From an uncultured Acidobacteriota bacterium (GTDB lineage: Bacteria > Acidobacteriota > UBA6911), in assembly GCA_963809485.1 (NCBI GenBank), contig CAWEJX010000001.1, forward strand, positions 384,001-448,000: DNA of 64,000 bases, read 5' to 3'. This document shows positions 41,345 through 51,001 of this stretch, piece by piece (position 1 is the stretch's first letter; every line of letters begins with the position of its first letter). The notes below the pieces were generated by a model, which was not told the DNA's origin, searched no databases, and saw nothing but the letters and a program-made list of their open reading frames with translations. Position numbers and translations under genes: made by a program.

Positions 41345-41941
41345 GTGTCTCATATGAAAACCATGTTGCTTTTCCTTCTAGCGGCTGTATTTTCTGCAGG
41401 CTTAAATGCAGGTTTTTCATCGACTCAGACACCTGCTGATCCGCCTGCCCAAGACCAGGATTTTATCATCGGGCTCGAAGATGTCCTGTCGATCAATGTA
41501 TGGAAGGATCCGGAACTATCTGCCCGAGAGATTGTTGTCCGTCCCGACGGCAAAATCAGCTTGCCGCTGGCCGGCGATGTCCTGGCAAATGGATTGACGG
41601 TCAAACAACTGCAGGATTCGATTGCACATAAACTAAAAGATTACATTACGACACCTATCGTCACCGTGACGGTGGTAAAGATTTTCAGTCAATCCGTATC
41701 GGTCGTTGGCCAGGTGCTCAAACCGGGCGTTTTTTCCCTGGGGGCTCCCATGACGGTTATGGAACTGCTGGCCAGGGCAGGGGGGCTTACGCTTGATGCG
41801 AAACCTAAGAAAATCAAGATTCTGCGAAAAGACCAAGGTAAAACCATAACGCTGCCCTTCAATTATAACGATATAGTTAATGGCAGGGATCTACAACAGA
41901 ACATACTCCTTATGAATGGCGATGTAGTGGTAGTACCATAG
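41345..41941 (+). CDS. polysaccharide biosynthesis/export protein (short Wza-like)
   Basis: IG.EDVL.I.VW, VRPDGKISLPL, SLBB VVGQV..PG, GDVVVVP. Confidence 0.88.
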   Translation: MSHMKTMLLFLLAAVFSAGLNAGFSSTQTPADPPAQDQDFIIGLEDVLSINVWKDPELSAREIVVRPDGKISLPLAGDVLANGLTVKQLQDSIAHKLKDYITTPIVTVTVVKIFSQSVSVVGQVLKPGVFSLGAPMTVMELLARAGGLTLDAKPKKIKILRKDQGKTITLPFNYNDIVNGRDLQQNILLMNGDVVVVP

Positions 41942-41969
41942 AGGGATACAATAGATATCCGGAGACGGG

Positions 41970-43496
41970 ATGAAAGACTTCAGGCTTTTAGAACCTCTTG
42001 ATTACCTCAAGATTCCATGGAAGCGGCGGTGGTATTTCCTCGCGGCCATGATCTGTGTGATCGCTGGAGTATTAATCTTTGCATGGTTTAGGCCCAACAT
42101 CTACCGGTCCGAGACTCGAATCGTCGTGGAATCAGCGACTCTTCTCGACGATCCTCTCTCACCTGCTACAACCAGGGACAGAACAGAGGAGCGAGTAAAT
42201 TCGATTCGGCAGCTGCTGGAAAGCCGCAAGATTCTGGGCAGAATCATCGACGAGTTCCGTGCCAGAGCTGCCGATACCAGTCTCCCGCTGGAGGATGCTC
42301 TGAAAAATATTCGTCGCCGTCTTGAAGTTTCAAAAGCTATTGGCGGTACGTTCTCGATGGCCTACAGCGACTCTGATCCTCAGGTAGCGAGGGATATCAC
42401 GCAGCGTTTGGCGAACCTCCTTATCCAGGAAAACCAGTTGGCACAGCGAAACAAAGCTTTGGACAAAGATCAATTCATGGAACAGGAATTGAGACAGGCA
42501 GAGATGGAATTAGTTGCCATCGATGACAGAATCAAGCAGTTCAAAGCAAGCCATCTTGGCGAGCTGCCCGAACAGGCTACTGCCAATATGAATGCGCTCA
42601 ATAGCCTTCATAATCAGCTCATCGCTGTCGATAATGCCCTGGATAGAGCCAGAGATCAGCAAAAAACCGTAGAGTTCCGTGTACAGGAACAGCGCAGGAT
42701 GGTTACTTTGGCAAAAAGCATCACGCCCAAGGAAAAACCTGTCCCGTTGGAGCCCCGGGGCCAGAAATCGCCTCTGCCGTATGAGTCGCTACTGGCTTCA
42801 AAGCGTGCTCAGCTGGCTGAAGCATCCGCAAGGTTTACACCCAAACATCCGGATGTAATAAGGCTCGCCAATGAGGTTGCAGATTTGGAACGGCAGGTCG
42901 CAAAGAGCCGTAGTGACGATGCAGAGGGAGGTCCATCCAAAATGGACATGCCGCAAACGGCATCAGGTGGTCAGCCGGAGATGGAGACAAACGATGAACC
43001 CCGCATATCCGATATGGAAATCAATGCGGAAGCGGAGATAGCCCAGGCCAAATACGAGCTGGATATGCTAGGCAAAACAATTTCCAGGAGGGAGAAAGAA
43101 CGCGAAGATATCCTGAAGAGCATTAGCGTTTATCAAAACCGACTAAACCTCGCCCCGGCTCTGGAACAGGAATTGCTGGCATTGACCCGAGAGCACGAAA
43201 CCAAGAAACAGCAGGTAGCTAACCTGGGAACGCGCAAATTCAACTCGCAAATGGCAGCCAATGCTCTGGCCGACAAAAAGAACGATACTTACCGAATCCT
43301 CGATGAAGCAAGTCTGCCGGAGCGGCCTTTATTCCCAACAAGGTTGCACATCATTTTGATGGGTATCGCGGCAAGCCTGCTCGTCGGATTCGCCGCAGCC
43401 TTTGTGAGAGAATACTTCGAGTCGTCGCTGGCCAATGAGGAAGAGGCCGCAGCCGTGCTGAATTTGCCGGTTCTGGCGAGCATACCAGAAATATAA
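41970..43496 (+). CDS. polysaccharide chain-length determinant (Wzc N-terminal/GumC-like)
   Basis: Two TMs around a coiled periplasmic region, LGELPEQ, FTPKHPDV, ILDEASLP, LPVLASIP. Confidence 0.88.
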   Translation: MKDFRLLEPLDYLKIPWKRRWYFLAAMICVIAGVLIFAWFRPNIYRSETRIVVESATLLDDPLSPATTRDRTEERVNSIRQLLESRKILGRIIDEFRARAADTSLPLEDALKNIRRRLEVSKAIGGTFSMAYSDSDPQVARDITQRLANLLIQENQLAQRNKALDKDQFMEQELRQAEMELVAIDDRIKQFKASHLGELPEQATANMNALNSLHNQLIAVDNALDRARDQQKTVEFRVQEQRRMVTLAKSITPKEKPVPLEPRGQKSPLPYESLLASKRAQLAEASARFTPKHPDVIRLANEVADLERQVAKSRSDDAEGGPSKMDMPQTASGGQPEMETNDEPRISDMEINAEAEIAQAKYELDMLGKTISRREKEREDILKSISVYQNRLNLAPALEQELLALTREHETKKQQVANLGTRKFNSQMAANALADKKNDTYRILDEASLPERPLFPTRLHIILMGIAASLLVGFAAAFVREYFESSLANEEEAAAVLNLPVLASIPEI

Positions 43497-43557
43497 TGAG
43501 CTCCCATGCCAGATCCGGCCGGCAAATGTCCGGAATCGGGACTAAGGAACAGGAAAA

Positions 43558-44427
43558 ATGAGCGAATTATTCAAGTGGCTGAGCAAAGCCGAAGCAAAAA
43601 GCCCGGGGATTCAGCAGGCCCAGGTGCTGAAGGGTGATTTTCGTGCAGCCGCAGCCTATGAGCCAGAATCATCCCTGGACATTGCTCCCGTCCAGGCGGC
43701 TTTGCCCAGCTGGACAAAATTTAATCTGGACATCGCGGATCCTAAGATCAAAGCCGTACTCGACCCTCAAACCCTGCCGGGAGAGCAGTTCCGTTTTCTT
43801 CGCACCCGCCTGGCTCAATTGCAGCATAAACAGGGGTTAAAAAATCTGCTGGTAACCAGCAGCGTTCCCGGAGAAGGAAAAACATTCATTTCCTGCTGCC
43901 TTGCGGGAATACTCGCCCAGGAGCCAGGCAAAAGGGTGCTCCTCGTTGACGCTGATTTCCACAGGCCAAGAACAGCCCAGAACCTTGGAATTGAGATTGG
44001 GAACGAGCTCCCCGGATTATCCCAAGTCCTTCAGGGCTCTCACAAACTGGAAGATGTTTTGCTTTGTTCCTCCAACAATGACTTTTTCTACCTTCCAGCC
44101 GGTCCAACTCCAGGAAATCCGTCAGAGTTGCTGGCGTCCTTCAACCTTGAGCGGGTCACTCAGGAAATGTCAGCCCTTTTCGATTGGATCATAATTGACT
44201 CACCGCCTGTGCTCACCATTGCAGACTCGATAAGAATGGCAACTCTCTGCGATTCCGTGCTCATGGTAGTTCTTGCCAATAAATCTCCTTCAAAGCTAAT
44301 CCAGAAAGCAATTCAGATGCTTGGGAAAAGCCATATTTGCGGAATTGTCTTAAACAGGGTGCCGGCCACACGCTCTTCTCACTACTATTACCATTACTAC
44401 ACGGAAAACGGTTACAGGGTGAAATAG
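43558..44427 (+). CDS. CpsD/CapB-family BY-kinase
   Basis: TSSVPGEGKT, VLLVDAD, IIIDSPP, C-terminal Tyr cluster HYYYHYY. Confidence 0.92.
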   Translation: MSELFKWLSKAEAKSPGIQQAQVLKGDFRAAAAYEPESSLDIAPVQAALPSWTKFNLDIADPKIKAVLDPQTLPGEQFRFLRTRLAQLQHKQGLKNLLVTSSVPGEGKTFISCCLAGILAQEPGKRVLLVDADFHRPRTAQNLGIEIGNELPGLSQVLQGSHKLEDVLLCSSNNDFFYLPAGPTPGNPSELLASFNLERVTQEMSALFDWIIIDSPPVLTIADSIRMATLCDSVLMVVLANKSPSKLIQKAIQMLGKSHICGIVLNRVPATRSSHYYYHYYTENGYRVK

Positions 44428-44511
44428 AACGTATGCCTGTTCCGCGGAATAGAACATAAAAACGGCAAGACCAAAAAGATATTTCCAGCAGTCGGCAGGG
44501 GATAGCGAAAA

Positions 44512-45810
44512 ATGAAGATTGGCAGACTTAAAATGATGCTGGCGGCCTTCTGCATGGTTTGGCCGTTATTGGATGCGGAAGCGCAAACAGAACAACAGAC
44601 CCGAGAGCCCTCCAAAGGTTTTAGTCAACAAGAGCCCGAGCCTAGCATCAGTCGAAGACTTTCGAGCAGTGCCGCCAGGGATAGGAGAAATAAATACGGA
44701 TTTTCGCTGGGAATTCTTGGAATATATGACAGCAATCTGTTCGGCAGCAGCCCCAAAGAAGGACTGTGGGCCGTCGCTCCTTCGCCACGGGCTTATATAA
44801 ATCTGGGGTCGCGCAAATCTCTGCTGCATCTCGATTACCGGCTGCTCTATCGCCTTTATCCTTCACGACGGGACCTGGATGGTGCCAACCATGAAGGCTC
44901 CTTCGAATACGCCTACAAAATATCAAGGCGCACCTCTTTTTCCCTCACGGATTACGTGCGGTCAGGCCCAAACGACATCCTCTCATTTACGGGAGAAGGA
45001 CTTATTCCAGGAAATCCGGACTACCAGCAGGTATTTTTCGACTCTCAGCACACGCTAAACAATACGTTAGCCAGCAGGCTGACTTATCGGCCGACGCCCA
45101 AGCACAATCTTCAGATTTCCGGATATTACCAGGCTTACCGATATCGTGATGATCCGACTCAAGATACAGACTCAGTCCAAGCCTCGTTTACCGAAGAATA
45201 CCGATTCTCGAAGCGATGGTCGCTTGTAGGAGAAATAGCCAATGAGTGGATTGAATCGGCCGAAGAATCAAGAGACGGGACAATCCAGCGCTTTAGAGGA
45301 GGACTGGCATTTCGACCTGGGCAAAATTGGAAATTGGAGGCCAGAGCTGGTGCCGAGCGAGTGGATAGGGATTTCGCAAACGGTTATGAACCGAGCTATG
45401 AAGTTGGACTTACCAGGGAAACCAAGCTAAATAGGCTCGATATTCGTTACAGCAGGGAATCGAGATTCCAAATCGGGCTGCCCGATCTCAACCGTTATCA
45501 CAGATTTACGGGATATTTTGACCAACGCCTAAGCTCACAAATTTCCCTGCACTTGCTTTCCAGATATTATCGCACTGAAACCAGCACATATGGTGATGTG
45601 GAAACGCTGGGGGGAGGAGCCGGATTCGATTTTGCGCTGCACCGAAGCCTCGTTGCTTCAGTTTTTGGACATTACGTTTACCAGCGGTCCGGTTCGCCCA
45701 TTTCCAGTCAATATTTAAACTCAGACCGATATATGTTTATCGGGGGGCTAACCTATATATTCCCGTCAGCCCGGCGAGAGCGTGATGCTCCGGTGAGCTG
45801 GGGACGCTAA
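44512..45810 (+). CDS. outer-membrane beta-barrel of the EPS/PEP-CTERM locus
   Basis: Signal peptide, YDSN, amphipathic strands, GLTYIF near the C-terminus; follows the wza/wzc module. Confidence 0.7.
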   Translation: MKIGRLKMMLAAFCMVWPLLDAEAQTEQQTREPSKGFSQQEPEPSISRRLSSSAARDRRNKYGFSLGILGIYDSNLFGSSPKEGLWAVAPSPRAYINLGSRKSLLHLDYRLLYRLYPSRRDLDGANHEGSFEYAYKISRRTSFSLTDYVRSGPNDILSFTGEGLIPGNPDYQQVFFDSQHTLNNTLASRLTYRPTPKHNLQISGYYQAYRYRDDPTQDTDSVQASFTEEYRFSKRWSLVGEIANEWIESAEESRDGTIQRFRGGLAFRPGQNWKLEARAGAERVDRDFANGYEPSYEVGLTRETKLNRLDIRYSRESRFQIGLPDLNRYHRFTGYFDQRLSSQISLHLLSRYYRTETSTYGDVETLGGGAGFDFALHRSLVASVFGHYVYQRSGSPISSQYLNSDRYMFIGGLTYIFPSARRERDAPVSWGR

Positions 45811-46024
45811 GCTCCGGTGGGCTTGGCTCAACATGGCCCGATAGCCTGTCTCATCATTGCCCTAACAGATAAAATTACAGCCTGAATGTTTTGTGCTTCA
45901 AAGCCTCCAATAGACACGCAAATCTCGCGCCGACATCCCATGAATCATCTCTCCTGCCAAGAGTTGCAGATAAGAGTTATGTAGCTCGCGTTTGTGTTTC
46001 AAAAATCCGCATTCAACAGACAGG

Positions 46025-46143
46025 TGTCGTGATACTTTACACATTTGCTTCAGGCTACTTAAGTATCAATTAATCAACAATTTGCACCAATTTTTTTGCG
46101 AAGATCTCTGATGATTATTGCAGCATTGTAAAAGAAGCTTACA
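46025..46143 (+). promoter_or_regulatory. two TGT-N11-ACA enhancer sites (PEP-CTERM box, putative PrsR sites)
   Basis: TGTCGTGATACTTTACA at 46025-46041 and TGTAAAAGAAGCTTACA at 46127-46143, upstream of a sigma-54 promoter. Confidence 0.65.
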
Positions 46144-46253
46144 GCCTCGGGATACTTACGGAAGCCGAGTTGTTATGACATCCACTCAAAGTACAGCGCT
46201 AAATGCAAATAAATCAGCTATTAAGCGCAGATCTTCAGGTTGCGTTCAGTAAC

Positions 46254-46268
46254 TGGCATGGATATTGC
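46254..46268 (+). promoter_or_regulatory. sigma-54 (-24/-12) promoter
   Basis: TGGCATG-GATA-TTGC matches TGGCACG-N4-TTGC, 65 bp before the PEP-CTERM gene ATG. Confidence 0.8.
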
Positions 46269-46333
46269 GTTATTTTGGCCAGAAGGCGGCAAAAATGAGA
46301 AATCTTAGATCTTGCAATAAAGGAGTGAATATC

Positions 46334-47041
46334 ATGATTAAAAAGCTTGGATCCGTGACATTGATACTGCTGGCTGTGGTTTTTGTCGCATCCTATGCGA
46401 AAGCGGATTCGTTCGGAGTTGGAGACTTTATTGCCCATACCGGCAATAATGCGGTTGCTCCTGGCGGAGTTACGGGCGGAGAACACCTAATTAGTCCAAC
46501 GCCTCCCTATTACGTCAATTTAAGCACCGCGATCTCGACTTTCTGCGTTTCTCTCGAAGAAGATGCGGCATCCACCATGTATATCGGCGACATTACAACG
46601 TTCATCGGCCCCGACAATAAGGCTCTAACGCCAGAGGTGGCCTACTTGTACACACAATTCAGGAATGGCTCCCTTGACGGATATGATTTTGACGGGCCGA
46701 CACGTCCTGAAACTGCAGAGGCGCTCCAGTTTGCCATCTGGTATCTTCTGGATGAATTGACCTGGGGCAGCGTAATAGACCATTCAAATGAAACTATCGT
46801 TCAGCATTTTCTGGATGTTGCAGATGCAGCAATCATTTCTGGGGAATGGGCTGGCTTAGGGAATGTCCGCGTTTTGAATCTTTATCGTCAATCGGATTTC
46901 GGACAAACACCCTATGACCCTGCTTATTATGACACCAGAGCCCAGGACCTGCTGACGATCGTTCCGGAGCCTACATCCCTCCTGCTGTTGGGAACCGGTA
47001 TCGCATTGCTCGCGGGATTTGCGCGTTACAGGAAAAGCTAG
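46334..47041 (+). CDS. PEP-CTERM sorting-domain protein 1
   Basis: AAGGAG RBS, signal peptide, TFCVS, ALQFAIW, C-terminal VPEPTSLLLLGTGIALLAGFARYRKS. Confidence 0.93.
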   Translation: MIKKLGSVTLILLAVVFVASYAKADSFGVGDFIAHTGNNAVAPGGVTGGEHLISPTPPYYVNLSTAISTFCVSLEEDAASTMYIGDITTFIGPDNKALTPEVAYLYTQFRNGSLDGYDFDGPTRPETAEALQFAIWYLLDELTWGSVIDHSNETIVQHFLDVADAAIISGEWAGLGNVRVLNLYRQSDFGQTPYDPAYYDTRAQDLLTIVPEPTSLLLLGTGIALLAGFARYRKS

Positions 47042-47073
47042 TTTGCGCTATATCCCATATTTATAAACCAAAG

Positions 47074-47105
47074 GCCCAATCCCTATTGAGGATTGGGCTT
47101 TTTTT
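47074..47105 (+). terminator. Rho-independent terminator
   Basis: GCCCAATCC-loop-GGATTGGGC followed by T7. Confidence 0.8.
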
Positions 47106-47528
47106 CCCCCCAGGCTTCCCTTCACCAGCAAGTCCTCAGCTTTCGTCTACGTATTCCGGAGAAGAATCTCAAGCAACGATCCCAGAAGGCTGATTGTGTA
47201 GCATGGTCGGACACTGTATTCGGCAAAGCCAAAGGCCGCTCTCGAATCTTAACTGCTATTCTCTTTGATCAATTCGAAAATTTCCGGGGGGGGGGGAACC
47301 CACAAACCGCGATGCTGATATGGAGATACAACTGTCCCCGGATTCTTCGCAACGGTTTTCCACGATTCGCTTACCAGGTCCATCCCGTTTTCCATGCAGC
47401 GCTCGCAGGACAGGGATTTATAGTTTGAGGCAATGGATAATGACGTTCGCCGCTTCTACCAATATAGCGAATCACACAATATTCTCATGGCAGTTTAAGG
47501 TGTTATAGAATCTCACCTGGCCAGATCC

Positions 47529-48566
47529 ATGACAGATGAATTGCCCCGATTGACCGTTGTCATTCCAGCGTGCAACGAAGGACGCTACATCTCCAGGACA
47601 ATCCAGTATCTTTTAAATCAGGACTACCCTTCCGACCGGTTCGAATTGCTGGTCGGGATTGCGGACTCGACTGATCAAACTGAGGAAGTGGTAAAAAAGA
47701 TAGCCGCCGGCGAGTCCAGGGTAAAATGGTTCCACAATCCATATAGGTTGTCTTCGGGCGCCCGAACGCTGGGGGCACAAATGGCAGCCGGTGAAATAAT
47801 CATTTTTATTGACGGACACGTCTATATCGACAACAGGCAATTGTTCCGCAATACGGTCCGTCTCATGAGGGAAAAACACGTTTCTGTCTTGAGTCGGCCG
47901 CAACTGCTGGATACGCCCGACAACAGCTTTCTGCAAAGGGCGATCTCCCTGGCACGCGGTTCAGCGCTGGGGCATGCGAGGGACTCGACCATATATCTAA
48001 AAAGTGAAGGATATGTCTCGCCTACCAGCTCGGGGGGCAGCTATTGCAGGCAAGTGTTCGAAAAAGTGGGATATTTTGACCTATCCTTTGATGCTTGCGA
48101 GGATGTCGATTTTAATTATCGCTGCGGCAAAGCCGGCTTCCGATCCTACATCTCGCAGGACCTTGCCGTTTATTATTATCCCCGTTCCTCCCTACGGTCG
48201 CTCTTCCGGCAGATGGTGCGCTATGGTGCGGGACGTTACGGGTTGGCCCGCAAGCACCCCGGCACTCTCTCCTTTGGCGCCCTGATCCCCTTTTTTTTGA
48301 CTGCGGGTCTGCCGTTTCTTGGAATGCTTTGCCTTATCTGGCCGATGCTGCTGTTTCCCCTGGGCTTTCTGGCCGTCATGTATGCTCTTTTAGTCCTGCT
48401 ATTTTCGCTTTCATTGGCTGCCGGGCACGGCTGGGCGTTTCTTCCTGCACTTTGTGCAATCTTTCCGGCAATCCACTTGGGACTCGGCTGGGGTTTCATG
48501 AGGCAGCTCTGCGCTTCCTTGTTTAAACCTGGCAAAATAAAAGCCATTTTAGGGACCGTTGCCTGA
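47529..48566 (+). CDS. GT2 glycosyltransferase (ExoA-like)
   Basis: VVIPACNE, QDYP, IDGH, CEDVDFNYR, C-terminal TMs. Confidence 0.87.
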   Translation: MTDELPRLTVVIPACNEGRYISRTIQYLLNQDYPSDRFELLVGIADSTDQTEEVVKKIAAGESRVKWFHNPYRLSSGARTLGAQMAAGEIIIFIDGHVYIDNRQLFRNTVRLMREKHVSVLSRPQLLDTPDNSFLQRAISLARGSALGHARDSTIYLKSEGYVSPTSSGGSYCRQVFEKVGYFDLSFDACEDVDFNYRCGKAGFRSYISQDLAVYYYPRSSLRSLFRQMVRYGAGRYGLARKHPGTLSFGALIPFFLTAGLPFLGMLCLIWPMLLFPLGFLAVMYALLVLLFSLSLAAGHGWAFLPALCAIFPAIHLGLGWGFMRQLCASLFKPGKIKAILGTVA

Positions 48567-48832
48567 TCCTTTGATCCCAACTGCCCGAAGAAAAATCCGG
48601 CTGTTTTCTGATGTTCCTTCCGCGATCCGACCCAAAGGTGACTTCCTATAAGTCAGACAAGCCACCCGAAGCAAGGCAGATGGTCTATACCGTTGCCCTC
48701 CCATTTGCTTTGGAATCCGATTTAGCATAAATTGCCCGATCGGATGAGAGAGGCGCCGGTGAATTTTCTTACAGTTGTCTCTGCATTGTTACGATAGTAG
48801 ATTTGAGGCGAAACGCGAGAAGAAAGCCGATT

Positions 48833-49693
48833 ATGCTGAATGCTTTGACCGTTGATGTTGAGGAATATTTCCAGGTTGAAGCATTTGCTGAAAGGATTGC
48901 GCAGAGCTCATGGGGATCCTTTGAGTCGCGTATCGAGCGGAATGTGGATCGCATCCTCCACCTTTTCAACACTCACAACGTTACTGCCACGTTCTTCATA
49001 TTGGGGTGGGTGGCTGAAAATTTCCCGGGCCTGGTGCGATCGATCGCGGATGCCGGTCACGAAATCGGCTGCCACGGTTTCAACCACAGCCGCATACACC
49101 GGATGCCTCCCGAAAATTTTCGTCAGGATATCCGTAAAGCCCGGCAGCTTCTCACGGACATCGCCAAGAAGCCCGTTGCCTGTTACCGAGCGCCGAGCTT
49201 TTCAATAACAGAATCCACAATCTGGGCCCTGGATATTCTTGCCGAAGAAGGATTCGGGATCGACTCCTCAATCTTTCCAATAAGGCACGACCTTTACGGA
49301 ATTCCCGATGGAGAGCGGTTTCCGCACTGGAAAACCAGTCCAGGAGGATACCGGCTCTTCGAGTTCCCCCCTTCGACAATCCGCCGGGCTAATAACAATT
49401 GGGGAGTCGGAGGCGGCGGGTACCTGCGGTTTGCACCCTATGTTTTTACCCGCTGGGCGATCCGCCAGATCAATGAGCAGGATCGGCAGCCGGCCATGGT
49501 ATATTTTCATCCCTGGGAACTGGATCCCGGCCAGCCCAGAATCCCGGCCCCAATGCGCTCCCGGTTACGCCACTACACAAACTTGAGCGGCATGCAGAAC
49601 AAGGTCGAGCGTCTTCTGAAAGATTTCCGGTTCCAGACAGTATCCGCAGTCAGCAGCCTGTCGCAAGCTTTTCAATCCAGCCAAATTCGATAA
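48833..49693 (+). CDS. XrtA-system polysaccharide deacetylase (TIGR03006-like)
   Basis: NALTVDVEEYFQV, ATFFILGW, GHEIGCHG, YRAPSFSI, GGGYLR, YFHPWELDP. Confidence 0.93.
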   Translation: MLNALTVDVEEYFQVEAFAERIAQSSWGSFESRIERNVDRILHLFNTHNVTATFFILGWVAENFPGLVRSIADAGHEIGCHGFNHSRIHRMPPENFRQDIRKARQLLTDIAKKPVACYRAPSFSITESTIWALDILAEEGFGIDSSIFPIRHDLYGIPDGERFPHWKTSPGGYRLFEFPPSTIRRANNNWGVGGGGYLRFAPYVFTRWAIRQINEQDRQPAMVYFHPWELDPGQPRIPAPMRSRLRHYTNLSGMQNKVERLLKDFRFQTVSAVSSLSQAFQSSQIR

Positions 49694-49951
49694 TCAAATC
49701 CATTTTTTACCGAACAATGCGGACCTTAAGAAGAAAAGTGTCCGATCCGGTGTTTCATCCTCCCACGGCCGGCAATAAATGAATTTGAGCTCGGATTGCC
49801 CGGGCCTTTTGGTTCTGATCCGCCGCGACTTCAAAGCCGGCGCACCCACATTGTCATCCATGGGGATGCTTTGGGGGGAAATTACTCCAAAACTGCGCTA
49901 TAATTTGGGAAAGATTTCAATCCGCGATCAAACAGTTTGGAGGTGACAAGT

Positions 49952-50611
49952 ATGGCCATAAAATCCGGTTCCATATTGGCACTTGCCATTTGTGTGTTTG
50001 TTGCCGGTGTACCCGTTGCAGTTGCCGACAGCATTCCCCACCTCGTCTGGTTTCCTGAAAACCACCCTTGGGCCACGGGATCCTATGGTTCCATGAACCA
50101 GATCGGAGGGGGTAAACTAGACAGAGAAACTCTGGTGACAGGCGAATTCAGTCTGGAAGGAACGGACCATCCCGCTGTAATCAGCTGGAAATATTGGGCA
50201 TACGGTGATTTCTGGGCAGGAAGCGGCTATAATCCCTGGGAGCGTGCCCAACTTGAATGGAAAGGTGCCGGTCTGATTTTATCGATTGATCCAGAAGAAT
50301 TCTGGATCGAAACCGACCCTCTCTTGCTGTGGACTCTGGATGAAATCTCCGGTGGATTGTCTTCCCCTGATTCCTGGCAGGATTTCCATGTGGAACCCCG
50401 TGAGGTTTATTTCACCATTCAGCCGGGATTTCGCTATGTGATGTTCCAGTACAACTGGTCCAAATTGAACTTTTGGGATCTCGGACATAGCCATGCTACG
50501 CTTGAGAGCAGCATCGAGCTGGTGCCCGAACCCCCCGTCTTCTTCCTCTTTGGCACCGGTCTTGCGTTAGTAGGATGGCTGGCATGGCGCAGGCGGGGCA
50601 GGAATTCATAA
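49952..50611 (+). CDS. PEP-CTERM sorting-domain protein 2 (Trp-rich)
   Basis: GGAGGTG RBS, signal peptide, C-terminal VPEPPVFFLFGTGLALVGWLAWRRRG. Confidence 0.9.
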   Translation: MAIKSGSILALAICVFVAGVPVAVADSIPHLVWFPENHPWATGSYGSMNQIGGGKLDRETLVTGEFSLEGTDHPAVISWKYWAYGDFWAGSGYNPWERAQLEWKGAGLILSIDPEEFWIETDPLLLWTLDEISGGLSSPDSWQDFHVEPREVYFTIQPGFRYVMFQYNWSKLNFWDLGHSHATLESSIELVPEPPVFFLFGTGLALVGWLAWRRRGRNS

Positions 50612-51001
50612 AAGCCATGCATTATCTAAAGCCTAAGTTCGGTTCAATGCTGAGGGAAGCTTTTTGTTTCTCCTGATATGCAAAAAGCTTGCGAAGGCTA
50701 CTTGCGGAATCCGGTCCTTCATGACCCCACGATCTAATCGGGACCGATGCTGGAAGGAGCAATTGCTGCGGCAGTTGGGGCTATTAGGCTCTTAACAGAA
50801 ACATCAAATTAGCATTGCTCTGAATCGGGCAAGGCACACCAGTGGCAAAGCTGTTCCATCCCATGGAGCAGCCTTGCCACCGCATTTCGACGACCAGATA
50901 TCAAATTCCCCGAATGGCATTCGGCAGTCTTGTGCTCTTTACCGGCGCCACTTTGACCATTCATTCGGGATTGGGTGAACAAGGAGTCAATTACCAAAAG
51001 T

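Noticed and set aside
47093-47508. Small ORFs and a poly-G tract as a phase-variable gene
   Set aside because: No recognisable protein, and the ORF starts inside a terminator.
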